From positions 315-64,314 of the forward strand of contig CACGBI010000003.1 of the NCBI GenBank assembly GCA_902571235.1: a stretch of DNA of 64,000 nucleotides. The letters run 5' to 3'. The position numbers and the translations under genes are program-made. Under the pieces are notes generated by a model. That model saw only the letters and a program-made list of their open reading frames with translations, was not told the origin of the DNA and did not search any database. Below are positions 52,004 through 60,995 of this stretch, piece by piece. Within the stretch, counting starts at the first letter, position 1. The number at the start of each line of letters is the position of its first letter. This stretch comes from an uncultured Pelagibacteraceae bacterium. Its GTDB lineage: Bacteria > Pseudomonadota > Alphaproteobacteria > Pelagibacterales > Pelagibacteraceae.

Positions 52004-53065
52004 TTATTCATTAGTAATTATAAACTGAGTACCAAACCATCTCCATTTACCGTTATCATTTAAAGAGCAGTTAACTCTACCTCTTCTCGGTGAAAAAGCC
52101 TCTCTGAATTCGATATTTAAGATATTGTTAGTAAGTGTGATATTAGATTTTTCCCATTTGTCTCCCTCATTAGAGTAACAATTTATGTTGGTTATATTAT
52201 TTTGATTTTCAAAAAACTCTACTGAAAAAGCTGGAGGATTATCTAATTTATTTAATTTTTTTTCTTTTGGTAGTAAGTTTTTGTATTCAAGTGGGTAAGT
52301 TTTTATAATTGAAGTAAATCTTTTAATTTCACCATAATTTTCATTTATAGGAAATCTTGGAAGTTCAAATTTTTCTTTGTTTACATCAATTACGCCTGAA
52401 TGTTGTCCAAAAGCATAAGTAAAATTTTTAGAAATATACTCTCGCATAAATTCAGAATATTCTCCAAAAGGATAAGAAAATAAACTTGGAACATATCCAA
52501 TTTTTTTATTAAAAATTTGATTAGCAGTTTCAATATCTCTTATAAAATTTTGATTAGTTTCATTTATTAAGTAATCATGTGAGTGAGAGTGATGTCCTAT
52601 TATTGCAAAATCTTCATTATCTACTTCCCTTATCTGATCCCAAGTCATATAACCTCTGTTTCCAACTGGCTCCGTCGAAACAAATAATATGAATGGAATT
52701 TTATTTTTTTTTAAGTAAGGCCACGCAACATTATAAAATGACTGAAATGCATCATCTATAGTTATCAATATTTTTTTTTCTTTTTTAGGAATGTGAAAAT
52801 CTTTTTGAAAGTTTTCAGGATGAATAAATTCATAATTTAAATCTTTAATTAATTGAACGTGTTTTAAAAAAATTTCCATTTTAATATTTGTAGAGGGGTA
52901 CCTATTTTCATCAAACCGATGGTACATAATTGATAAAACACCTTCATCCATTGAATATTGTTTGATATTATTATCTTCTGCCTTAGAATTAAAAGTCATT
53001 AAATTTAATAAAATGAACAACTTAATAATTGATGCTGCAAATGATAAAATTTTTTTAATGCTCAT
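52004..53065 (-). CDS. Polysaccharide deacetylase (NodB/CE4) family protein
   Basis: IMYHRF, ITIDDAF, GHHSHSH, FSYPFGE, LPRF; N-terminus looks like a signal peptide; start uncertain (alternative 52999). Confidence 0.88.
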   Translation of the reverse strand: MSIKKILSFAASIIKLFILLNLMTFNSKAEDNNIKQYSMDEGVLSIMYHRFDENRYPSTNIKMEIFLKHVQLIKDLNYEFIHPENFQKDFHIPKKEKKILITIDDAFQSFYNVAWPYLKKNKIPFILFVSTEPVGNRGYMTWDQIREVDNEDFAIIGHHSHSHDYLINETNQNFIRDIETANQIFNKKIGYVPSLFSYPFGEYSEFMREYISKNFTYAFGQHSGVIDVNKEKFELPRFPINENYGEIKRFTSIIKTYPLEYKNLLPKEKKLNKLDNPPAFSVEFFENQNNITNINCYSNEGDKWEKSNITLTNNILNIEFREAFSPRRGRVNCSLNDNGKWRWFGTQFIITNE

Positions 53066-53399
53066 TAAGAATAAAAATATTTATAATATCAGTCATGAAA
53101 ATAGTAAAACTAATTATGAAAAATTAACTATTTTAATTAATAATTTTATTAAAACTCATCATTTAACAATCAATGAAATTTCAAAATTATACGTTAATCG
53201 TGGACCAGGCAGTTTTGCAGGCATAAGAAATTCTCTTGCCACAGTAAAAGCAATATTTGTTGCTAAAAAAATTGATTATTATTGTTTCAGTTTTGATGAT
53301 TTTGGTGATTTACATGATTATAAGTATGAAAATGTACCCAATATGTGTAAGAAATTTAAGGTTAAAAAAAATTTGATTAATCCTATTTATTTTAGTTAA
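53013..53399 (+). CDS. tsaB: tRNA t6A biosynthesis protein TsaB (short form)
   Basis: LIID, VNRGPGSFAGIR, C-terminal PIY; ATG at 53013. Confidence 0.82.
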   Translation: MNNLIIDAANDKIFLMLIKNKNIYNISHENSKTNYEKLTILINNFIKTHHLTINEISKLYVNRGPGSFAGIRNSLATVKAIFVAKKIDYYCFSFDDFGDLHDYKYENVPNMCKKFKVKKNLINPIYFS

Positions 53400-53407
53400 A
53401 ATTCAAT

Positions 53408-53839
53408 ATGTCAGAAACAATTGAACAAAAATGCTTATCACAAGGAGTTAAATTAACTGATCAAAGAAGAATAATTGCGAAAGTTATTTCTGAGTCCAAG
53501 ACTGAATATGGCGAGTCAGATCATCCAGATGTAGATGAACTTTACAGTCGCGTCTCAAAAATTGATCCAAAAATAAGTATTGCCACTGTCTATAGAACAG
53601 TAAAATTATTTGAAGAAGCAGGAATTTTAACAAAACATGATTTTAAAGGTGGAAAAGCAAGATATGAAGCAATGATAGAAAGTCATCATGATCATTTAAT
53701 TGATATAAAATCAGGAGAGATTATTGAGTTTGTAGATGAAGAAATAGAGAACTTACAAAAAAAAGTTGCTGAAAAATATGGGTATACTTTAGTTGATCAT
53801 AAACTAGAGCTTTACGGTGTTAAAAAATCAAAAAAATAA
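53408..53839 (+). CDS. fur: Fur-family metalloregulator (Fur/Mur)
   Basis: KLTDQRR, DHPDV, ISIATVYRTVKLF, HHDHLID, HKLELYG. Confidence 0.92.
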   Translation: MSETIEQKCLSQGVKLTDQRRIIAKVISESKTEYGESDHPDVDELYSRVSKIDPKISIATVYRTVKLFEEAGILTKHDFKGGKARYEAMIESHHDHLIDIKSGEIIEFVDEEIENLQKKVAEKYGYTLVDHKLELYGVKKSKK

Positions 53840-53841
53840 TA

Positions 53842-55170
53842 ATGCAACAAAAAATTTTTATTAAGACCTTTGGTTGTCAAATGAACGAGTATGACTCAAA
53901 TCGAATATACGATGCAGTCAGAGAAATTGGTTTTGAAAAAACAGTTAAGTATGAAGAGGCTAATTGTTACTTGTTAAATACTTGTCACATTAGAGATAAA
54001 GCAAAAGAAAAAGTTTATCATGAAATTGGTAGAGTAAAAAAAATATTTAGATTAAAAACTAAGCCTTTAGTGATAATTGCAGGTTGTGTAGCTCAAGCAG
54101 AACAAGAAGAAATGTTAAAAAGAGAACCTTATATTGATTTAATATTAGGCCCTCAGGCTTATCATAAAATTAATGATACAATACTAAAATATCAAAATGA
54201 AAAAAGGAAAAATGAAGAAACGGAATTTGATGCAATAACTAAATTTGAATATCTAAGTAAAATTAAAAATCAAACAACAACAATTTCCTCATTTTTAACA
54301 ATTCAAGAAGGTTGCGATAAATTTTGTCATTTCTGCGTAGTTCCTTATACAAGAGGACCTGAATACTCTAGACCTTTTAATCAAATCATAGATGAGGCCA
54401 GACAATTAGTAAATCATGGCTCAAAAGAAATCATACTTCTAGGACAGAACGTTAATGCTTATAATTTTGAAAGTTTTCGTTTATCTGACTTAATTTTAGA
54501 ACTTGAAAAACTTTCAGGCATTGAACGTATTCGATATACAACTTCTCACCCAAACGATATGACGGAAGATTTAATCGATGTTTATAAAAATTCTAAAAAA
54601 TTAATGCCATTAGTACATTTGCCAGTTCAAAGTGGTTCAGATAAAGTTTTAAATTTGATGAATAGAAAACATTCAATCAAGAATTACTTGAAGATTTTTT
54701 ATAAGTTAAAACAAATTAATCCAAATATTGAATTCTCAAGTGATTTTATTATTGCTTATCCTGGTGAAGAGCAAATTGATTTTGAAAAAACAATTAAACT
54801 TATTGATGAAGTAAAATTTATTAATTCATTTTCTTTTATTTTCAGTCCAAGACCTGGAACGGTTGCTGCAGATTTACCATTAATTGATAAAAAAAAATCG
54901 ATAGAAAGACTAGAAATTGTTCAGCAAAAACTATTTAATAATCAAATAAATATTAATAAAAAGATAGAAGATACAACAATAAACGTGCTTGTTGAAAATC
55001 GTACAGATGACAAATCTAAACTTTTTGCCAGATCGGAATACATGACTTCTGTTCTATTTAGTGGTAATGATGATTTAATTGGAAAAATTGTGAAAGTTAA
55101 AATTAAAAATAGTAATCGAAACACTTTATTTGGTGAAGCTATAGAACAATCTAATCAAAAGGTAGCTTAA
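53842..55170 (+). CDS. miaB: tRNA methylthiotransferase MiaB
   Basis: TFGCQMNEYDS, NTCHIR, radical SAM motif CDKFCHFC, TTSHP, C-terminal TRAM. Confidence 0.97.
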   Translation: MQQKIFIKTFGCQMNEYDSNRIYDAVREIGFEKTVKYEEANCYLLNTCHIRDKAKEKVYHEIGRVKKIFRLKTKPLVIIAGCVAQAEQEEMLKREPYIDLILGPQAYHKINDTILKYQNEKRKNEETEFDAITKFEYLSKIKNQTTTISSFLTIQEGCDKFCHFCVVPYTRGPEYSRPFNQIIDEARQLVNHGSKEIILLGQNVNAYNFESFRLSDLILELEKLSGIERIRYTTSHPNDMTEDLIDVYKNSKKLMPLVHLPVQSGSDKVLNLMNRKHSIKNYLKIFYKLKQINPNIEFSSDFIIAYPGEEQIDFEKTIKLIDEVKFINSFSFIFSPRPGTVAADLPLIDKKKSIERLEIVQQKLFNNQININKKIEDTTINVLVENRTDDKSKLFARSEYMTSVLFSGNDDLIGKIVKVKIKNSNRNTLFGEAIEQSNQKVA

Positions 55171-55174
55171 AAAT

Positions 55175-56173
55175 TTGAGTATAAGCACAAAAAAAATATT
55201 TAATAATAATTTGAAGTTTGTTTATTCTGATAATAACACTCTAAGTGTAATTTTTCATGATAATGATTTATTAATGGGTGTTGTAGGAGAATTTAATAAA
55301 AATCTTAAAGAGTTGGAGAGAATTACCGAGTCGAATTTGTTTTCAAGAGGAAATTCAATTTTAATTAAATCTTCACCCGATAAGAATGAAATAGTAAAAG
55401 ATGCAATCCAATTTCTAGTTAATCAATTTATTAATAATGGAAATATAGAAAACAAAGACATATTATCATCTATTGATAAATTTATGATTAAAGAAAAAGT
55501 TAAAAACCATAATGTTACTGATATTATAAAGACTCCAAAAAAATCAATAATTCCAAGATCAGAAAAACAAAAAAAATATGTCAGAGCTTTAAGACAAAGT
55601 GATATCGTAATCTCTGCCGGTCCAGCAGGTACAGGAAAAACTTTTTTAGCTGTTGCTGTTGGTCTAACAATGTTACTTGAAAAAAAAATTGAAAGAATAA
55701 TCTTATCAAGACCAGCAGTAGAAGCTGGTGAAAGATTAGGATTTTTACCAGGTGATATGAAAGAAAAAGTAGATCCTTATTTAAGACCTCTATATGATTC
55801 TTTGTATGATTTATTTCATTTTGAAAAAATTCAGAGAATGATTGAAATTGGAGATATTGAAATTGCACCATTAGCATTTATGAGAGGTAGAACTTTGAAA
55901 AATTCGTTTGCTATTTTAGATGAGGCTCAAAATGCCACTGATACTCAGATCAAAATGTTTCTTACAAGAATTGGAGAAAATTCCAAAATAGTTGTGAATG
56001 GAGATCCTTCGCAAATAGATTTACCTAATAAAAGTATGTCTGGTCTAGATAGATCAAAAAAATTATTATCTCATTTAAATGAGATTTCAGCAATTGATTT
56101 TGATCATTCAGATGTAGTAAGACACCCACTAGTATCAAAGATTGTTAAAGCTTATAGCAATCATAATGATTAA
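55175..56173 (+). CDS. PhoH-family ATPase (YbeZ)
   Basis: GPAGTGKT, RPAVEAGERLGFLPG, MRGRTL, DEAQN, DVVRHPLV. Confidence 0.95.
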   Translation: MSISTKKIFNNNLKFVYSDNNTLSVIFHDNDLLMGVVGEFNKNLKELERITESNLFSRGNSILIKSSPDKNEIVKDAIQFLVNQFINNGNIENKDILSSIDKFMIKEKVKNHNVTDIIKTPKKSIIPRSEKQKKYVRALRQSDIVISAGPAGTGKTFLAVAVGLTMLLEKKIERIILSRPAVEAGERLGFLPGDMKEKVDPYLRPLYDSLYDLFHFEKIQRMIEIGDIEIAPLAFMRGRTLKNSFAILDEAQNATDTQIKMFLTRIGENSKIVVNGDPSQIDLPNKSMSGLDRSKKLLSHLNEISAIDFDHSDVVRHPLVSKIVKAYSNHND

Positions 56174-56627
56174 GTTAGAAGTTTTATCAGAGGAAAAAAA
56201 TTGGTCAAAAAAGATTAAAAAAAAAGAATTTTTTTTTAAATCTATTTGTAAATCTTTCCCAAAAAAATATCGAGTTCTGAATAAAAAATTATCACTCACA
56301 TTATTATTATCAAACAATAAAAATATAAAAAAATTAAATAAAAAATTTAGAAATAAAAATAAATCGACAGATGTATTATCATTTCCATTTGAAAATAAGA
56401 TAAAAAAAAAAAAAGAATTATATTTAGGTGATATTATTATTAGCTATAATTTTATGGATAAACCAAAAAATCAAAATTTAAATCTTTTTAAGGATAAGGT
56501 AATTAAAACATTTATTCATGGATTTTTACACTTATTAGGTTTTAATCATATTAAATTTAAAGACTACAAAAAAATGTTTAAGGAAGAAAAAAATATATAT
56601 CAGTCAGTAATTAAAAAAATTAATTAA
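56166..56627 (+). CDS. ybeY: rRNA maturation RNase YbeY
   Basis: LNKKFR.KNKSTDVLSFP, LGDIIIS, HGFLHLLGFNH. Confidence 0.93.
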   Translation: MIKLEVLSEEKNWSKKIKKKEFFFKSICKSFPKKYRVLNKKLSLTLLLSNNKNIKKLNKKFRNKNKSTDVLSFPFENKIKKKKELYLGDIIISYNFMDKPKNQNLNLFKDKVIKTFIHGFLHLLGFNHIKFKDYKKMFKEEKNIYQSVIKKIN

Positions 56628-56628
56628 T

Positions 56629-58164
56629 TTGAAAAAAAAAAAATATTTAGAATTCCTTTATATAATAATTCTTGGTGCCTTAACTTCTTTAAGTTTACCA
56701 CCATATAACTATTTATTTATTAATTTTTTCACCATAAGTTTATTTTTTATATATATTTTTCAAAAAAAAAAATCATATAAAAAAGAATATTCTTTTCTAT
56801 ACGGTTGGTTTTTTGGTTTTGGTTATTTTTTAACCAATTTATATTGGATTACAATTTCTTTGACATTTGATAAAAATTTCAGTTTTTTAATTCCTTTTGT
56901 TTTAATTTTGATTCCATCATTTCTTGGTATTTTTTATGGCTTAGTAACTTATTGCTTTTTTAAAATAGGAATAAAAAAACCTCTTAGTAATCTATTTTTA
57001 TTTTCGCTTTTACTTGGTTTTGCTGAATTTCTCAGAGGCAATATACTAACTGGTTTTCCCTGGAATTTAATTGCATTTAGTTTTTCAGAAAATCTTGAAA
57101 TATTACAAATATTATCTTTTATTGGGACATATGGTTTTAATATTTTATGCATATCCTTTTTTGCAAGCCCAGCAATTTTTATAATTAGAGAAAATAGGAA
57201 AGAGATAATAGTTTGTGTTCTCTTATTATTATCTCCAATTCTTCTTTATTCTGTTGGATCTTCTGACATGAAATCATTTCAATTATCAAACTCAGTTAAA
57301 AGTAATTATATATTAAGAATAATAAGCTCAAAGATTGAATTAGACAGATTTTATGGAAATGTAGACACTTTAGACGTAATCAATGAATTAATTGAAATAA
57401 GTCAACCAGATCTGGAGACTAAAACAATTTTTTTATGGCCAGAGGGAATCATACCTAATGCAAATCAAGCAGAATTAAAAGAATTTGAATTTTTGTTTAA
57501 TAAAAAGTTTAATGAAAATCATTTACTAGTAATTGGAATTAACAGTTATGAAAATATCACGAATGAAAATCATTTTTATAATACCTTATCTGTCTATGAT
57601 CATAAATTAAATCTTATCAGTGATTATAAGAAGGTCAAATTAGTTCCGTTTGGTGAGTTTTTACCTCTTGAAAAAATTTTAAAAAAAATAGGTTTTAAAT
57701 CTTTAACTAATAACTATCAATCTTTTAGCAGTGGAAATAATAGAGAGGTATTGTCAATTAGTGAAACGAATTTTAATTTGAGAATATTACCATTAATCTG
57801 CTATGAAATAATTTATTCTGGTAATATTTTTAAAAATGCAAATTTTGACTATATAATTAATATTTCTGAGGATGGATGGTTTGGGGATTCGATTGGTCCA
57901 CATCAGCATTTTACACATAGTATATTCAGAGCAATAGAGAGTGGTAAATATTTACTGAGATCTGCTAATAATGGAATTTCAGCAGTAATTAACCCTAAAG
58001 GTAATGTTGAAAAAAAAATTGAATTTGGACAGTCTGGTTATATAGATTTCAACAATAAAAAAGTCTTGAAAGAAACATTATTTTCAAAATATGGGAATAA
58101 AATGTTTTTAGTTATAATTTTGTTATATATTTTTTTAATATTTTCATTTAATAGAATTTCTTAA
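56629..58164 (+). CDS. lnt: Apolipoprotein N-acyltransferase
   Basis: [35 protein letters not shown]. Confidence 0.95.
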   Translation: MKKKKYLEFLYIIILGALTSLSLPPYNYLFINFFTISLFFIYIFQKKKSYKKEYSFLYGWFFGFGYFLTNLYWITISLTFDKNFSFLIPFVLILIPSFLGIFYGLVTYCFFKIGIKKPLSNLFLFSLLLGFAEFLRGNILTGFPWNLIAFSFSENLEILQILSFIGTYGFNILCISFFASPAIFIIRENRKEIIVCVLLLLSPILLYSVGSSDMKSFQLSNSVKSNYILRIISSKIELDRFYGNVDTLDVINELIEISQPDLETKTIFLWPEGIIPNANQAELKEFEFLFNKKFNENHLLVIGINSYENITNENHFYNTLSVYDHKLNLISDYKKVKLVPFGEFLPLEKILKKIGFKSLTNNYQSFSSGNNREVLSISETNFNLRILPLICYEIIYSGNIFKNANFDYIINISEDGWFGDSIGPHQHFTHSIFRAIESGKYLLRSANNGISAVINPKGNVEKKIEFGQSGYIDFNNKKVLKETLFSKYGNKMFLVIILLYIFLIFSFNRIS

Positions 58165-59333
58165 TGAGTAATTTAAAAAATTATCTTTTCACAAGTGAGT
58201 CAGTTTCAGAAGGGCATCCAGATAAAGTTTCAGATAGAATTTCTGATATGGTAGTTGATAGTTATTTATCTAATGATCCTTTCTCTAGAGTAGCTTGTGA
58301 AACTTTAACAACAACTAATAAAGTTGTTTTAGCTGGAGAAGTAAGAGGTCCTGAAATTAAAAAAGATGAACTAATCCAAAAAGTAAGAGATTGTATTAAA
58401 GATATTGGCTATGATCAGGATGGATTTACTTGGAAAGAGGCCACTAAAATAGAAAGTCATTTACATTCACAATCAGCTGATATTGCAATGGGTGTAGATT
58501 CATCAGGCAATAAAGATGAAGGTGCGGGTGACCAAGGAATTATGTTTGGATATGCTTGTAATGAGACAGATGAATTGATGCCAGCACCAATTTATTACTC
58601 ACATAAAATTTTAAGATTAATGGCTGAAGATAGAAAATCTGGAAAGTTAAAAAATATTGAGCCAGACTCTAAAAGTCAGGTGACATTTGAATATGAAAAT
58701 GGAAAACCAAAAAAAGTGAAATCAGTTGTTATATCATCACAACATTCAGCTGATATTAATCAAGAAAAAGTCAGAGAATTACTTAGACCTTATATGCTAA
58801 ATTCAATTCCAAAAAACTTTTTGGAGGGTTTTAATGAAGATGAGTTTTATGTAAATCCAACTGGAAACTTTGTTATTGGTGGACCAGATGGAGATTGTGG
58901 GTTGACAGGAAGAAAGATTATTGTTGATACATATGGTGGTGCAGCACCGCATGGTGGAGGAGCTTTTTCTGGAAAGGACCCAACTAAAGTTGATAGATCA
59001 GCTGCATATGCTTCGAGATATATTGCTAAAAATATTGTTGCATCAAAAATCACAGATAAGTGTCTAATACAATTGGCTTATGCTATTGGCGTATCAAAAC
59101 CTCTTTCAATTTATGTAGATCTCTTTGATGGTGACTCTGAAAAAAATAAATTTGTAGAAGAAAAAATTAAAGAAAATTTTGACTTAAGTCCCAGAGGAAT
59201 TAGAGAAATGCTAAATCTTAATAGACCAATTTATGAAAAAACAGCAGCATATGGTCATTTTGGTAGAACGCCAGAAAATGATGGAGCATTTTCTTGGGAA
59301 AATACCGATAAAACTAAGGTTTTTGTAAAATAG
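58164..59333 (+). CDS. metK: S-adenosylmethionine synthase
   Basis: [44 protein letters not shown]. Confidence 0.98.
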   Translation: MSNLKNYLFTSESVSEGHPDKVSDRISDMVVDSYLSNDPFSRVACETLTTTNKVVLAGEVRGPEIKKDELIQKVRDCIKDIGYDQDGFTWKEATKIESHLHSQSADIAMGVDSSGNKDEGAGDQGIMFGYACNETDELMPAPIYYSHKILRLMAEDRKSGKLKNIEPDSKSQVTFEYENGKPKKVKSVVISSQHSADINQEKVRELLRPYMLNSIPKNFLEGFNEDEFYVNPTGNFVIGGPDGDCGLTGRKIIVDTYGGAAPHGGGAFSGKDPTKVDRSAAYASRYIAKNIVASKITDKCLIQLAYAIGVSKPLSIYVDLFDGDSEKNKFVEEKIKENFDLSPRGIREMLNLNRPIYEKTAAYGHFGRTPENDGAFSWENTDKTKVFVK

Positions 59334-59389
59334 TTTTTATTGAATAAAAAAAAAACTTTTATATATTGCCAGTACATTATTGAATTTAC

Positions 59390-59416
59390 AAAATGGGCGT
59401 TTGCCCATTTTTTTTT
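59390..59416 (+). terminator. Terminator hairpin between metK and nusA (metK terminator and/or nusA leader attenuator)
   Basis: AAAATGGGC-GTTT-GCCCATTTT followed by a long T run. Confidence 0.8.
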
Positions 59417-59431
59417 GGAAAAAACAAAAAA

Positions 59432-60985
59432 ATGTTAAATAAAAGAGCAGATAAACTAGAATTATTGAGAATTGCAGAGGCCGTAGCCCTGGAGAAATCA
59501 ATTGATAAAGAATTAATTATTAGTTCAATGGAAACTGGAATTGCAAAAGCAGCAAAATCAAAGTTTGGACAAGAAAATGAAATCAAAGTTTTAATTAACA
59601 GAGAAAATGGTGATATTGAACTTTTTAGAAAGTTAATAATTTCAGAAAATCCTGAAAATGCTAATACTGAAATTAAACTTGAAGATGCAATATCTCTTAA
59701 TGATAACAATAAAGAAAAAAAAATTGGAGATGAAGTATTACAACCTCTGCCATCTTTTGATTTTGGAAGAATAGCAGCACAAACAGCCAAACAAGTTATT
59801 AGTACAAATGTAAGAGAAGCTGAAAGAGAAAGACAATTTAACGATTTTATAGATAAAAAAGATACAATTTTAAGTGGAATTGTTAAAAGATTGGAATTTG
59901 GGAATGTGATTGTTGATCTTGGAAGAACAGAGGCAATAATTCAAAAAAACGAAATGATACCAAGAGAAAATATTAAAGCTGGAGACAGAGTTAAAGCATA
60001 TTGTTGCGATGTGAGAAAAGAACCAAGAGGTCAACAAATCTTTTTATCTAGAGCACATCCTAAGTTTATGGAAAAATTATTTGTTCAAGAAGTTCCAGAG
60101 ATTTATGATGGCTTAATTGAAATAAAATCTTCATCGAGAGATCCTGGAAGTAGAGCAAAAATTTGTGTTAAGGCTGTAGATACATCTTTAGACCCAGTTG
60201 GAGCTTGTGTTGGTATGAGAGGTTCAAGGGTCCAGGCGGTAGTAAATGAGCTTCAAGGTGAAAAAATTGATATTGTAAACTGGTCAGAGGATCCAGCAAT
60301 CTTAGTTTCAAATGCACTCTCACCTGCTGAGGTACAAAGAGTTAATGTTGATTCTGAAAGAAAAAAATTGGATGTAATTCTTACAGAAGAAAATTTAAGT
60401 AAAGCGATTGGTAGAAGAGGCCAAAATGTAAGATTAGCAACAAAGTTATTAAATTATGAAATCAATATAATGACAGATGCTGAGGACTCAGAAAGAAGAC
60501 AGTTAGAGTTTAAAGAAAAAACAGAAAATTTTGTAAAAAATTTGGAATTAGATGAAACATTGGGACAACTATTAGTTGCTGAAGGTTTTTCAACAATTGA
60601 TGATATTAAAGATAGCAATGCAGAAGATTTAATGAAAATAGAGGGTATCGAAGAAGATACTGCAAAAGCATTAATTGAAAGAGCTAAAGAATTCCATGAA
60701 AAGGATCAAGAGGATATTTCTCAAAGAATTAAAGATCTTGGTCTTGAAGAAGCTTTAATTAATTTAAAGGGATTAACTCCTGGAATGTTAGTTACATTGG
60801 GAGAGCAAAAAATTTTAACACTTGAAGATTTTGCTGATCTTGCATCAGATGAATTAACAGGTGGATATGATGTTGTAAAAGGCGAAAGAGTAAAAATTCA
60901 AGGTTATTTAGAAGATTTTGCTCTATCAAAAGAAGAAGCAGATGATCTTATTATGTCTGCAAGAAATATTGTTTATAAAGATTGA
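59432..60985 (+). CDS. nusA: Transcription factor NusA
   Basis: FGRIAAQTAKQ, S1 and KH domains, RDPGSRAK, GACVGMRGSR, AIGRRGQNV, acidic C-terminal repeats; likely ATG 59432. Confidence 0.97.
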   Translation: MLNKRADKLELLRIAEAVALEKSIDKELIISSMETGIAKAAKSKFGQENEIKVLINRENGDIELFRKLIISENPENANTEIKLEDAISLNDNNKEKKIGDEVLQPLPSFDFGRIAAQTAKQVISTNVREAERERQFNDFIDKKDTILSGIVKRLEFGNVIVDLGRTEAIIQKNEMIPRENIKAGDRVKAYCCDVRKEPRGQQIFLSRAHPKFMEKLFVQEVPEIYDGLIEIKSSSRDPGSRAKICVKAVDTSLDPVGACVGMRGSRVQAVVNELQGEKIDIVNWSEDPAILVSNALSPAEVQRVNVDSERKKLDVILTEENLSKAIGRRGQNVRLATKLLNYEINIMTDAEDSERRQLEFKEKTENFVKNLELDETLGQLLVAEGFSTIDDIKDSNAEDLMKIEGIEEDTAKALIERAKEFHEKDQEDISQRIKDLGLEEALINLKGLTPGMLVTLGEQKILTLEDFADLASDELTGGYDVVKGERVKIQGYLEDFALSKEEADDLIMSARNIVYKD

Positions 60986-60995
60986 GTGATGAGTC

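Noticed and set aside
59393-59431. NusA N-terminal extension MGVCPFFFGKNKK
   Set aside because: It is the translated terminator hairpin; the likely start is 59432
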